NCBI RefSeq assembly: GCF_000698785.1
Contig: NZ_CP007536.1
Coordinates: 2,400,001-2,432,000 of the forward strand
Direction: 5' to 3'
Source: Nitrososphaera viennensis EN76
Lineage (GTDB): Archaea > Thermoproteota > Nitrososphaeria > Nitrososphaerales > Nitrososphaeraceae
DNA length: 32,000 nucleotides
Both the position numbers and the translations under genes were made by a program. Positions within the stretch are counted from its first letter, which is position 1; every line of letters starts with the position of its first letter. Below, piece by piece: positions 1-8,857 of this stretch. Below the pieces are notes generated by a model. The model saw only the letters and a program-made list of their open reading frames with translations, did no database searches and was not told where the DNA came from.

Positions 1-531
1 TGTAACGATGATCGCACCCCTCCTGTCAAGATTGCGGCCAGAAGCCAGCTTGTCCCGTCGCTTGCGTCGCTTGCAGGCGCGCTGGCCGGGATCGTCGCGG
101 TGGGCTTTGTTGCCTCTTATTTTTCTCTGCCTCTTCTCATTGCGCCCTTTGGGGCATCGGTCGTCCTGCTCTTTTCTGTGTACGACAGCCCACTTGCGCA
201 GCCGCGCAACACCGTCCTTGGGCACGTGATGTCCGGGGCAATAGGGGCCGCCGCGGCCCTGCTGCACATCGCCTATTTTGCTTCAGGTGGCGAAGAAAAA
301 TACGTCTTGATAGCGATCTCTGTGGCAGTCTCTATCTTTGCAATGCAGATCCTGAGGCTGACGCACCCGCCGGCCGGAGCGACCGCGTTTCTGGCGTCAA
401 CGGCGGTGACTGACGCAAGCTCCCTTGTCTGGTTCATGATCCCTGTGGCCGCCGGCGCCCTGATTCTGGTTGCGGTGGCGATCGCATTCAACAACGCAAT
501 CCCGAAAAGAAGGTATCCCGTGTATTGGTAA
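1..531 (+). CDS. HPP-family integral membrane protein, 5' end off-window
   Basis: The frame is open from base 1; track ORF 100..531 only begins at an internal GTG. Multi-TM hydrophobic sequence with the family signature LTHPPAGATAF. TAA stop at 529-531. Confidence 0.8.
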   Translation, partial: CNDDRTPPVKIAARSQLVPSLASLAGALAGIVAVGFVASYFSLPLLIAPFGASVVLLFSVYDSPLAQPRNTVLGHVMSGAIGAAAALLHIAYFASGGEEKYVLIAISVAVSIFAMQILRLTHPPAGATAFLASTAVTDASSLVWFMIPVAAGALILVAVAIAFNNAIPKRRYPVYW

Positions 532-746
532 TGACGGCCTTTTGAGCCCATAAAGCCGTGTGCCCTGGCGGAAACGCTTTTACTTTTTTGCGCCGTATAA
601 AGGCCATCCTGTGAAATGGCGGCCCGGGTTTCGGCTCCGTTCACCGCAGGCCGCTATTGCGGTAAAGGGGATAGGCCAAACACGGAGCTGGCCCATAAAA
701 GCCCCTTTACCAACAGGCTCGCTATTGCCAGCGTCACCTGTGCGCT

Positions 747-1079
747 TTAAAGCGGCCCTGTCACGGTGGGAAGCAAAAGCCCGACTATTGCAGCCATTAT
801 CCATATTATTACGGCCACTGCAAGCGCCCTGAGCCATCCCATGTCGTACAGCCCCTTTAGCGCAAGGAGCCACACAAACCCGCCTATTATTGCGGCCAGC
901 CAGCCCGTGCCAAACAGAAAATAGCTCACAGAATAGACGATCGCGCCTATTATGGCGGCCAAAAAGGCGCGGCCTATACCCTCTTTTTCCCCAAACAGCT
1001 TTGTAACAATGTAGATTATGACCGTGGAAACGACCAAGCTTATGATGAAAGTGATGGCATAAGTGATTTCGTTAGCCAT
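747..1079 (-). CDS. Small integral membrane protein, function unknown
   Basis: 110-aa ORF made of Gly/Ala/Ile-rich hydrophobic helices (AAIIGAIVYSV, AAIIGGFVWLLAL, AVAVIIWIMAAIVGLLL). Competing ORFs at 560..873 look like GC-rich shadow frames. Confidence 0.6.
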   Translation of the reverse strand: MANEITYAITFIISLVVSTVIIYIVTKLFGEKEGIGRAFLAAIIGAIVYSVSYFLFGTGWLAAIIGGFVWLLALKGLYDMGWLRALAVAVIIWIMAAIVGLLLPTVTGPL

Positions 1080-1234
1080 TCAGGCTATCGTGTGGTGCTA
1101 ATAATAAAAAAGAGTTTGATTAAATGCTGCTTGATCCACCGCGCAAGAAACTGCCGGATGGCAGATTTAAAACGCTTTGTTATTTTCCCCGTGGGCATCT
1201 AAACTCCTTAATAATTTAAAGCCGAAATTCAGAC

Positions 1235-1771
1235 ATGGAGACTGCAAAAGGGACAACAACACACACGCTTGCCGGCAAGAGTCCGGAAGAAATAGCTGAA
1301 GCGATAAAAACTATTGCCAAAAACATACGCGAATCTTCTATGCAGATAAGGGAGACCGTAAGGACGCTCAGGGAAAGCGGCGGATTGCATGAGATAAGCG
1401 AGGCAGTGAGCATTGCGGCAATTGCCGCCCGGGATACCGCCAGGGACATTAACGAGACTGCCAAGGAGCTGCAGGAAAAAGGCGTAATCGATAACACCGT
1501 AAACGCCATAAGCGAGACGGCCAGCACCACAAAGGATACAGTAAAGCAGTTCAAGGGACAGGCCAGCAAGTCTGCTGGAACCCTGAAGGCGACCAAACAG
1601 GACTTGCAAGAAACGGGCAAGGACCTCAAGGAGATAGGTCAGAACCTGAAAGAGTCGGTAACCGACACGCCAGGTGCAAGGCAGGGATCCGGCGCCGACA
1701 GCGGGATGATGAAGGGTGAAAAGGAGCCCGCACAAAAAGACCGGGCAAAGAAAAGCGGCGAAAGGTATTGA
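1235..1771 (+). CDS. Helical-repeat (coiled-coil, LEA/apolipoprotein-like) protein; paralog of 3256..3759
   Basis: ATG start about 20 nt downstream of TATA-like TAATTTAAA (1212-1220). E/K/T/A-rich amphipathic repeats. Shares strings such as INETAKE and KDT-K with the product of 3256..3759. Confidence 0.65.
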   Translation: METAKGTTTHTLAGKSPEEIAEAIKTIAKNIRESSMQIRETVRTLRESGGLHEISEAVSIAAIAARDTARDINETAKELQEKGVIDNTVNAISETASTTKDTVKQFKGQASKSAGTLKATKQDLQETGKDLKEIGQNLKESVTDTPGARQGSGADSGMMKGEKEPAQKDRAKKSGERY

Positions 1772-2078
1772 GCAAGGAAACCAGGAATCCTGCAAAGCGG
1801 GATCAGGCGCTTAACGATGCGACCGAGGGGCAGTTTGGCGAAGAGCCGCGGCCAGAGGTCAGGCCAAACGTGGAAAAAAAGAAGGATCAAAGCAGAAACA
1901 CAGCAAAAGACATTCAAGAAAGAGCCAACCGAGAAAAACGCTACGCCATGTAGCGGGCGCAAAACTTTGGTGCCGGGAGCCGATCGCCAACAGTCTATCT
2001 GAAGAAAGCCAGAGACCCTGTCCTGACTGATGTGGCTCGGCAGGGATCCTGTCTTTGTGTGTGTATATTTTTAGCGCA

Positions 2079-2570
2079 TCAGCGCCGCCCGGCTTTTCCG
2101 GACAGGCCCATTATCCTTCTTATGATGCGCATGTTCTGCCTTATAGTTGCGTCAAGCTCCCTGAATTCGGAATCCCTTTCGTGCGCTTTTATTATGGATC
2201 TCGACCTTTCCACGTCGCCTGCCAGCTCTTCATAGGTGTACATGCTGTACGGAACGCCAACGTTTTCCATTTCTGATTCTTTCTCGCGCATATCCAATAT
2301 CCTGTTAAAGATCCTGCGGCGCAGCTTGCCGTACTTGTTGCTGTTTGAGTACATCTTTACCTTGTCTTTGCAGTGCTCACAGATGTTTTTCCTCTTTGAA
2401 ACCACAAGGTGGGTAAGAGGGTATATTCTGTTGCACGATGAGCACCAGTAATAGATCAAGCCTCTTACCTGTCGTGCATCCAGCGAATTGAAATCCATCC
2501 CTTCTTCCGAACACACGCTTCTTGCGATCTCGATCAGGAGCTGGTCGGGCTCGGATAAGGTCTGGTGCAT
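2079..2570 (-). CDS. Zinc-ribbon protein, function unknown
   Basis: 163-aa ORF with paired CxxC motifs (CSSCNRIY ... CEHCKDK) followed by a charged helical tail. Last gene of a minus-strand run with the ArsR gene. Confidence 0.6.
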   Translation of the reverse strand: MHQTLSEPDQLLIEIARSVCSEEGMDFNSLDARQVRGLIYYWCSSCNRIYPLTHLVVSKRKNICEHCKDKVKMYSNSNKYGKLRRRIFNRILDMREKESEMENVGVPYSMYTYEELAGDVERSRSIIKAHERDSEFRELDATIRQNMRIIRRIMGLSGKAGRR

Positions 2571-2651
2571 TAGTTCAGTATGTAATATCGATTAGATAAC
2601 TCTAATGAAATCTTGCTCTACTTCAATGATATGTTCGATTTTCCTGTACTA

Positions 2652-3206
2652 TTACTGCAACGCCATGAGATCCAGCTTTTTCCTCAGTAGGGCCCTTATC
2701 GCTTTTGTGTAAATCTCGTATATCAGGCCCTCGTCGCCATAATCGATTTCCTTGTCTACATAAGGTCCTGCCGCCTCGATAAGGTAGGCCGAGAGGTTTC
2801 TTGCGATAAAATCGGTCAGCTTGCAGTCGCGCATGAACGACTGGTTGTTTAGCGACAGCATCGAAATGACCCCTCTGGCCCTCTCCAAGCGTGCGGGATA
2901 GAAATAACCTGCGATGTCTCTGGGAAGGACGCTAAAATCGTAGAGCAGGAGGTACGAGTTTGCCGCAAAGAATTTCTGGACTATGCCGTGCGACTCCTCC
3001 TCCTTTTTCACTATGCTGACGAGCTCGTGCTGCTTGAGTATCTTCAGGTGGTGGCTGAGCGCGGCCTTGGAAAGTCCGAGCTCTTCTGCAAGCTGCGTCT
3101 GGGTCATGGGCCTGTCTCGCAACATCATGAGAATAGTCCGGCGTATCGTGTCTGTCATGGCCCTTGCCACGGCCTGATCGCCTACTATCTGGACGGCCTT
3201 CATCAT
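2652..3206 (-). CDS. ArsR-family winged-HTH transcriptional regulator with C-terminal extension
   Basis: N-terminal region RRTILMMLRDRPMTQTQLAEELGLSKAALSHHLKILKQHELV is a textbook ArsR/SmtB HTH. ATG-ATG start at 3201-3206. Confidence 0.85.
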   Translation of the reverse strand: MMKAVQIVGDQAVARAMTDTIRRTILMMLRDRPMTQTQLAEELGLSKAALSHHLKILKQHELVSIVKKEEESHGIVQKFFAANSYLLLYDFSVLPRDIAGYFYPARLERARGVISMLSLNNQSFMRDCKLTDFIARNLSAYLIEAAGPYVDKEIDYGDEGLIYEIYTKAIRALLRKKLDLMALQ

Positions 3207-3255
3207 GTCCTCTCACAATTATTATTAGAGAGTTCTAAATCTTGTCGCAATTTGC

Positions 3256-3759
3256 CTACGTCACGGATTCCTTTAAAGAAGATATCTCTTTGGCAGTTTC
3301 GTTTATGTTCTTTATGACGCCTGACTTTCGTGAATCTTGTACGGCTAGCTTTAATTCCTGCACAAGCTCCTTTATGGCCTGCACCGTCTCCCTTGATACC
3401 TGTATCATTTCACCACCACCGCCGCTGCTACCGCCCTCCGTGCTTCCAAAGGAATCCATGACGCCCCTTGCAGACTCGGACGTCTTCTTGATCTCTTCAA
3501 AGATGCCCGACGCCTTTAGTTCCCTGAACGTGTTTTCCATCCTGGACGCCGCGTCCTGCATCGACTCTGCCGTCAGCCGGATGTTCTCCATGTTCTTGAC
3601 CATCTCGGGAGTGCTAAGAGTTTCTATGATCTCCTTGACCTCTTTTGTGGTGTCCTTGATTTTGTCAAGGGAGCTTCGCACTTCGGGAGTACCTATTTCG
3701 TGAATTATTTCTATGGCGTTTGACGCCGTTTCTTTTATGTCCCTTAGTTTTCCGCTCAT
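3256..3759 (-). CDS. Helical-repeat protein; paralog of 1235..1771
   Basis: Track ORF extends to 3846, but the ATG at 3759 (MSGKLRDIKE) lies about 25 nt downstream of an AT-rich TATA-like stretch. Same amphipathic repeat style as 1235..1771, with an internal GGSSGGGG linker. Sits 49 nt upstream of the ArsR gene on the same strand. Confidence 0.65.
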   Translation of the reverse strand: MSGKLRDIKETASNAIEIIHEIGTPEVRSSLDKIKDTTKEVKEIIETLSTPEMVKNMENIRLTAESMQDAASRMENTFRELKASGIFEEIKKTSESARGVMDSFGSTEGGSSGGGGEMIQVSRETVQAIKELVQELKLAVQDSRKSGVIKNINETAKEISSLKESVT

Positions 3760-3976
3760 ACAGGTTGTTATTGCCGGATCTAATAATAATGACTTTGGGA
3801 CAAATTGCGCAGAAAGAGGGAGAAAGCTTTTTCGCACCAGATCCATTGTGCCATTGGAATGGCATCATCCCGGAAAAACCAGGAAAGAACTGCACGCAAC
3901 AAGGCAAAAGCGGCAAACAAGATCTCGGTGACGTCAACGACAAAATCAAAGGTGTGCCGCCAGCAGAGTAGGGTTT

Positions 3977-3994
3977 GTTTGCATGAATGCAAAC
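3977..3994. promoter_or_regulatory. Perfect 8-bp inverted repeat GTTTGCAT-GA-ATGCAAAC upstream of dps
   Basis: Read directly from the sequence. Further TGCAAA half-sites occur at about 4013 and 4083, between this palindrome and the dps TATA box. Confidence 0.4.
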
Positions 3995-4108
3995 GAAGGA
4001 AAAGACAAAAAATGCAAAAGCCGGGCATGCCTAGCTGATATGTGCATTTTCTAAATTTCTGGTGATTTCTATGCTTGTTTTTGCAAAATAAATTGTGTCT
4101 TAAAACTC

Positions 4109-4116
4109 TTTTATAT
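4109..4116 (+). promoter_or_regulatory. TATA box of dps (leaderless-type spacing)
   Basis: TTTTATAT is centred about 24 nt upstream of the ATG at 4137, and no Shine-Dalgarno-like sequence lies between them. Confidence 0.55.
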
Positions 4117-4136
4117 TTTTCAACTCTCTATTATGC

Positions 4137-4667
4137 ATGACCAAACAAAGTCTGGAAGTTTCAAGACTCATACACGCCGACAAGGAGCCAAAAATTGGCA
4201 TTCCCGAAAAAGACCGCGAAGGCGTCATCAAGATTCTGACCGAGTTGTTATGCGATGAATACGTGCTGGTAACAAAGACCAAAAAGTACCACTGGAACGT
4301 AGTCGGGCCGGATTTTAGCGAATTGCACAAGTTCCTCGAAGAGCAATATGAGGAGATGGATGAGATCGTAGACAAAGTGGCAGAGAGGATTCGCACGCTT
4401 GGCGGGCAGACAATCGCAACGCTTTCTGAATTTACCCAGTACACGCGTCTAAAGGAAGACCCCGGCAGCTACCCTGACACACATACAATGCTTGCAAACC
4501 TTCTGGACGCGCACGAAGCAACCATCCGCATCCTTCGCGGCAACGCAGACGAGGCCGACGAAAAATACCACGACATGGGCACCAACGACTTTCTCATAAC
4601 TTTGATGGAACAGCACGAAAAGATGGCGTGGATGCTCAGGTCCTACCTGACAGAAAAGTCCCATTAA
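4137..4667 (+). CDS. dps: Dps-family ferritin-like DNA-protection protein
   Basis: The stretch LLCDEYVLVTKTKKYHWNVVGPDFSELHKFLEEQYEEMDEIVDKVAERIRTLGG matches the Dps ferroxidase-centre helices (H-W-N-V-x-G ... H-x-x-x-E ... D-E). Confidence 0.9.
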   Translation: MTKQSLEVSRLIHADKEPKIGIPEKDREGVIKILTELLCDEYVLVTKTKKYHWNVVGPDFSELHKFLEEQYEEMDEIVDKVAERIRTLGGQTIATLSEFTQYTRLKEDPGSYPDTHTMLANLLDAHEATIRILRGNADEADEKYHDMGTNDFLITLMEQHEKMAWMLRSYLTEKSH

Positions 4668-4692
4668 CTTTTTCCTCTTTCTTCTTTTTTTT
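4668..4692 (+). terminator. Oligo-T/pyrimidine tract after dps
   Basis: CTTTTTCCTCTTTCTTCTTTTTTTT follows the dps stop directly. Archaeal termination uses oligo-T runs. Confidence 0.5.
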
Positions 4693-4697
4693 GTAAA

Positions 4698-4970
4698 ATG
4701 CAAATAATATCAAAAGCCGAGCTTGAAAGGATCGAATCGATGGTGCGCGTCCTAGAGATCGTGATCACGATTTTCAAGCTCCTTCCAATTGTAATTGGCA
4801 TCCTGGCAGGGATATCGCTCATTTTTGCCGCCCTCAATTTCGTGGAGAAAAACTATGCTTGGGCGATTGTCAACCTGCTCCTTGGGGTAGCTGGGATTCT
4901 CTTTGTGGTCCGCGTGAGCCGGAGTAACGCACCGCATTTTGAGCAGTTTCCTCATGCTGCGGATCAATAA
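4698..4970 (+). CDS. Small two-TM membrane protein, function unknown
   Basis: 90-aa ATG ORF with two clear hydrophobic helices (LLPIVIGILAGISLIFAAL; AIVNLLLGVAGILFVV). Confidence 0.5.
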   Translation: MQIISKAELERIESMVRVLEIVITIFKLLPIVIGILAGISLIFAALNFVEKNYAWAIVNLLLGVAGILFVVRVSRSNAPHFEQFPHAADQ

Positions 4971-5264
4971 TAGCAGCCGCCAACAGTTTTGCATAATCAC
5001 GCGATGAGGGCTGGCCATTCAGGCACTACGCCCTCATCCGCGGAGGGAGATAACCTCTGCCAATACTAGAAATGGAGAAAATAAAAGGGTTTAACCGGCG
5101 CTTGACAAAAGCCGCAAAGCGCTGCTACCATAGAAAAATTCCACTAGTTTCCTATAGACCTAGCCTTCAGTTGCTTAAACAATGATTGCTGCATAGACTT
5201 ACAAAAAGAGGCGACGCAGAACTTGCTTGATAGTGGTAGTACCAGTCTAAGGACGAACAGGAAC

Positions 5265-7832
5265 ATGCTGGCTTTTCTGATGGCCGTCCTGTTCTTTGCA
5301 TCCCTCAGCACGGTGCTGTTCGAGCTTGCGCTGACCCGCGTATTTTCCATAATCCTGTGGTACGACTATGCGTTCATGGCCATTTCAGTCGCGTTCTTTG
5401 GGCTTGGGATAGGCTCGCTCCTTGTGCATATGCAGAAGGACTACGGCAACAGCACGCGGCTCAGACGCAGCGGGATGTGGCGCTGGCTGTCGATGCCGCA
5501 GATGACTCCTGCAGCGCTTGCAAAAAAGATAACCGAGCATTCCATCGCGTACGCTATTTCTGTGCCATTGTTCATCCTGGCAGTGGCGCTAATCCCGCCT
5601 GACACATCGTACATCTATGTATTCTACCTCCTATCGTCGGTACCGTTCTTTTTTGCAGGGTTCATAATGGCGCTTGTGTTCTACGCCATGCCGCGGCAGA
5701 TAAGCAAGCTGTACTTTGCAGACCTTGTTGGCGCCTCCTCGGCGGCCTTGATGCTTGACCCACTCATGCTCGGCCTGGGAGCCGAGTCTGTGCTCCTGCT
5801 GACGTCGCTTCTGGTCGCAGGGTCTGCAATCGTTGGCATGCTCTTGCTCCTGAGAAACAAGAGAAAGGCAGAGCCGTCAGAGGTCATGACCAAACGGTCG
5901 AAAATATCTGCCGCCGCGGTCCTTGCGGGGCTCGCCGTCCTGCTACTGGTCAGCAGCCCTGCCGCAATGGCGGCGATGCAGCCGCAAGTGGCTAAAGGAA
6001 TTGACTACTTTGCCAAGGTGCACCCCGGGCCCAACAAGGGGCTGTACTGGCAGCTAATAGACCCCAACTTTGAGCACCTGTCGGCGCGGTGGAATTCGTT
6101 TTCACGGGTGGACGTCACAAAACAGAATTCCTTTGACAATGTCGACGTTGGCGCCGGCGGCACGCCCGTCAGGAGCCAGCGCGAGCTTGCCAACATCATC
6201 ATCGACGCCGATGCCGGCACGCCGATATACAGGTGGTCCGGCGACAGGGCAGAGCTTGCATGGATGCGCGACTACATGGACTACGTCCCGTACGATCTGA
6301 CAGCAAAAGCAGACCATGTCCTTGTAATCGGAGGCGGGGGCGGCGAGGACATCATGATGGCCCTTGCGGGGGGTGCGGACAAGGTGACTGCCGTCGAGAT
6401 AAACCCGATGATAGTGTCTGCTGTAAAGCGCTTTGGAGGGCCGGGCAACGTGTACGACAATCCGGACGTCGACCTGTTCATAGACGACGGCAGGCGCTTT
6501 ATCAGCTCCTCAAGCGACAAGTATGACATGATAACGATAAAACTGGTCGACTCGTGGGCGGCGCAGCTTGCCGGAGGCTACGCCCTGTCGGAAAACTACC
6601 TCTACACCGTCGAGGCATTCCAGCAGTACTACAGGCACCTGAGCGACGATGGGATGCTGGTCATGATCCGCTGGAACTTTGAGCTTCCCAGACTCATGCC
6701 AATAGTGGCCGAGTCGGTGGCGAGGGAGACCGGCCAGAGCATGGAAGACGCCAGCAGGCAGATAATGGTGGTGGAAGACCGCCCCGGCCTGTACTTTGGC
6801 CGCACGCAAGACTCGCAGATGTACTATCCTGTGCTTGTCATGGTCAAGGCAGTGCCTTTTATCGACGAGCAGGTAGACTTGGTAAGGCAAAAGGCCGAGG
6901 CAGGCCGCGCGGACGTGATGATGCTTGCCGACTCGATGATAAACCCGCCGTACGACAAGCTGTTCTCAAGTGCCAGCGCCTATGACGACTATGTAGCTGC
7001 GGCCGCTCTGGCAAACCCCAAGATCCCGACCGACGACTCGCCGTTCTACTTTGCAAAAGAGCCGGTGCCGCAGCAGATGGTCATACTGCTTGAAACCGTG
7101 CTTGCCATCTCTGCCGCACTGTCGGTGATTCTTGTGTACCATGCAAGAAGGACCGGGACGAGATTCAGGCAGAGCGAGCCGGGGATGGCTGCGCGCACGG
7201 CCGGCTTTGTCCTGTTTGCAATTTTTATTGGCCTTGGCTTTATGATACTGGAAATCACGTTCATACAGAAATTCCTGCTGCTCCTAGGCACCCCGATAAT
7301 GGCCCTGACGGTGATCTTATTCTCCATCCTGCTGTCAAGCGGCATCGGCGCGTACGTGAGCGGCAGGGTGTTTGGCGACAGGCCGCACAGGGCAGTGTTT
7401 TTGTCCGTGCCGATACTTGCAGGCATAATACTGTCCTACCTCTTTTTCCTGCAGGGGATAATCGACTCGAGCATCACGATGGAGCTACCTTCAAGGGCCG
7501 CGCTCACCTTCGCTCTCTTGTTCCCCTCCGGACTTTTGATGGGGTTCCAGTTCCCCTCGCTCATCAGGATGGCGTCAATGCCGCTGCGCTTTAACAACGG
7601 CACCGGCGATAAGAACAACAATAACAACACTACGCTATTGTGGGGGATAAACGTGGTTGCGTCCATACTTGGGACTGTGCTTGCCGCAATGCTGGCCATG
7701 ATAATAGGGTTCAACGGGAACCTGCTTGTCGGCCTTGCGATGTACGCCGGCGCAGGCGCGTCGGCGCTGTTGTCGTTTGTCGCCGGAAAAAGGTATGCAA
7801 ACCAGACGCTTCCGCTGACAGAGCGCGAATAA
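5265..7832 (+). CDS. Polytopic membrane protein with embedded spermidine/spermine-synthase-like (class I SAM-fold) domain
   Basis: Track ORF starts at TTG 5223; the first ATG at 5265 (MLAFLMAVLFF) is the likelier start. N- and C-terminal multi-TM blocks flank VLVIGGGGGEDIMMALAGGADKVTAVEINPMIV ... FIDDGRRFI ... YDMITIKLVDSW, the aminopropyltransferase-type Rossmann motifs. Confidence 0.8.
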   Translation: MLAFLMAVLFFASLSTVLFELALTRVFSIILWYDYAFMAISVAFFGLGIGSLLVHMQKDYGNSTRLRRSGMWRWLSMPQMTPAALAKKITEHSIAYAISVPLFILAVALIPPDTSYIYVFYLLSSVPFFFAGFIMALVFYAMPRQISKLYFADLVGASSAALMLDPLMLGLGAESVLLLTSLLVAGSAIVGMLLLLRNKRKAEPSEVMTKRSKISAAAVLAGLAVLLLVSSPAAMAAMQPQVAKGIDYFAKVHPGPNKGLYWQLIDPNFEHLSARWNSFSRVDVTKQNSFDNVDVGAGGTPVRSQRELANIIIDADAGTPIYRWSGDRAELAWMRDYMDYVPYDLTAKADHVLVIGGGGGEDIMMALAGGADKVTAVEINPMIVSAVKRFGGPGNVYDNPDVDLFIDDGRRFISSSSDKYDMITIKLVDSWAAQLAGGYALSENYLYTVEAFQQYYRHLSDDGMLVMIRWNFELPRLMPIVAESVARETGQSMEDASRQIMVVEDRPGLYFGRTQDSQMYYPVLVMVKAVPFIDEQVDLVRQKAEAGRADVMMLADSMINPPYDKLFSSASAYDDYVAAAALANPKIPTDDSPFYFAKEPVPQQMVILLETVLAISAALSVILVYHARRTGTRFRQSEPGMAARTAGFVLFAIFIGLGFMILEITFIQKFLLLLGTPIMALTVILFSILLSSGIGAYVSGRVFGDRPHRAVFLSVPILAGIILSYLFFLQGIIDSSITMELPSRAALTFALLFPSGLLMGFQFPSLIRMASMPLRFNNGTGDKNNNNNTTLLWGINVVASILGTVLAAMLAMIIGFNGNLLVGLAMYAGAGASALLSFVAGKRYANQTLPLTERE

Positions 7833-8089
7833 TACCTCTCTCTGTTTATTCATGCGGCCTTGATGGCATAACTAAACATGGCATATGCGCGTGGATTGCT
7901 GGGCTGAAACTTGTGTGTGGTGTTTTTATCTACTGCACGGCAATATTCTGAAGCAAGCACTAACTTGATAACAATTGGCTCTGCTTACGCAGCTCGAGTT
8001 ATTTATTACATATTTGCTCTTGCTTTTTACTAGTTTTATACAGACCGCTTTTGAAATAGTATAATATGTTGCCATACTTTGAATAACCC

Positions 8090-8097
8090 TTTAAAAT
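8090..8097 (+). promoter_or_regulatory. TATA box for 8113..8697
   Basis: TTTAAAAT lies about 20 nt upstream of the ATG at 8113, in an AT-rich spacer. Confidence 0.45.
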
Positions 8098-8112
8098 TTT
8101 GGCCTCTAGTAT

Positions 8113-8697
8113 ATGGTGATGTCAGGCCTTAGAGGAAACGGAAAAGTGGTTATCCTAGCCATATTGGCTACTACAGGATTAGCGGCTATATCGGGGACCA
8201 TAGTTGCACCGCTGGCTTTTGCGCAAAATGCAGTCACGCCAGCCGCACAATTGTCGTCTACGGAATCACTCCAACCAACTGATACTATGCCGGTAGTTGT
8301 TACCATGAACTCTAATGATTACATCAACGAGGGCATTACACACAGTAATACTACAAACACAGGCGACGTGATTGTCAATGAGGCTGGAGCTTATCTAATC
8401 GTAGCAGCAGGCCAGGTGGGCAAGACGTCGGGTGATACACTTTGCAATGTTGATTTGTGGCTTAGACAAAACGGTGAAGATGTAGCAAATAGCAACACTC
8501 GCGCTTCAGTCATTTCAGCAAATGATACCGTTGTGCTCGTATCACAAGCAATTTTACCGTTGAATCAGAATGATACCATAAATGCCATGATCTCAGTATC
8601 TGCTACGGACCAAGGCTGCGGTCTCATCAATACCACACCACCGGGTGAGCCTAATATTCCTTCAATGATATTTAGCATTGCAAAGATAAGTGATTGA
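8113..8697 (+). CDS. Secreted or membrane-anchored protein with C1q/TNF-like (BclA C-terminal-like) jelly-roll pattern
   Basis: N-terminal signal/anchor (VVILAILATTGLAAISGTIVAPLAFA). The C-terminal 130 aa follow the C1q/BclA-C pattern: GDVIVNEAGAYLIVAAGQV ... VDLWLRQNGEDVANS ... AILPLNQNDTINAMISV ... MIFSIAKIS. The gene is AT-richer than its neighbours. Confidence 0.55.
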   Translation: MVMSGLRGNGKVVILAILATTGLAAISGTIVAPLAFAQNAVTPAAQLSSTESLQPTDTMPVVVTMNSNDYINEGITHSNTTNTGDVIVNEAGAYLIVAAGQVGKTSGDTLCNVDLWLRQNGEDVANSNTRASVISANDTVVLVSQAILPLNQNDTINAMISVSATDQGCGLINTTPPGEPNIPSMIFSIAKISD

Positions 8698-8750
8698 TGG
8701 ATAAATAGCGAGACATATGCATATCTACCAGTTACACAATCCCCAAATGC

Positions 8751-8787
8751 ATAGGCTGGAAGATGGACTTTTTTTATTCCAGCCTAT
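8751..8787. terminator. Hairpin between convergent genes (10-bp perfect stem, T-run in loop)
   Basis: ATAGGCTGGA (8751-8760) pairs with TCCAGCCTAT (8778-8787). The loop contains TTTTTTT. It lies between the 3' ends of 8113..8697 (+) and 8858..9943 (-). Confidence 0.45.
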
Positions 8788-8857
8788 CTTCATTATTTTC
8801 CACTACTAATATGGCATATATCCTGATTACATCAAGACGAATATCCTTTTAGTGTTA

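Noticed and set aside
273-873. Track ORFs 273..644(-), 560..832(+) and 580..873(-)
   Set aside because: They overlap the HPP gene or the GC-rich spacer. Their Arg/Ala/Pro/Gly-rich composition is typical of shadow frames in GC-rich DNA, and I see no motifs or promoter context.
1216-1962. Minus-strand ORFs 1216..1629, 1229..1795 and 1639..1962, and the plus-strand charged ORF 1768..1953
   Set aside because: The minus ORFs are antisense to the repeat-rich gene 1235..1771 and are Cys/Leu/Ser/Phe-rich, i.e. mirror frames of an E/K-rich gene. ORF 1768..1953 has only a TTG start overlapping the upstream stop. It could be a charged tail reached by frameshift, but I have no evidence for that.
5357-7853. 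About ten ORFs inside or antisense to the 5265..7832 gene
   Set aside because: All are nested in a long gene with clear domain motifs and have Arg/Pro/Ala-rich shadow-frame composition.
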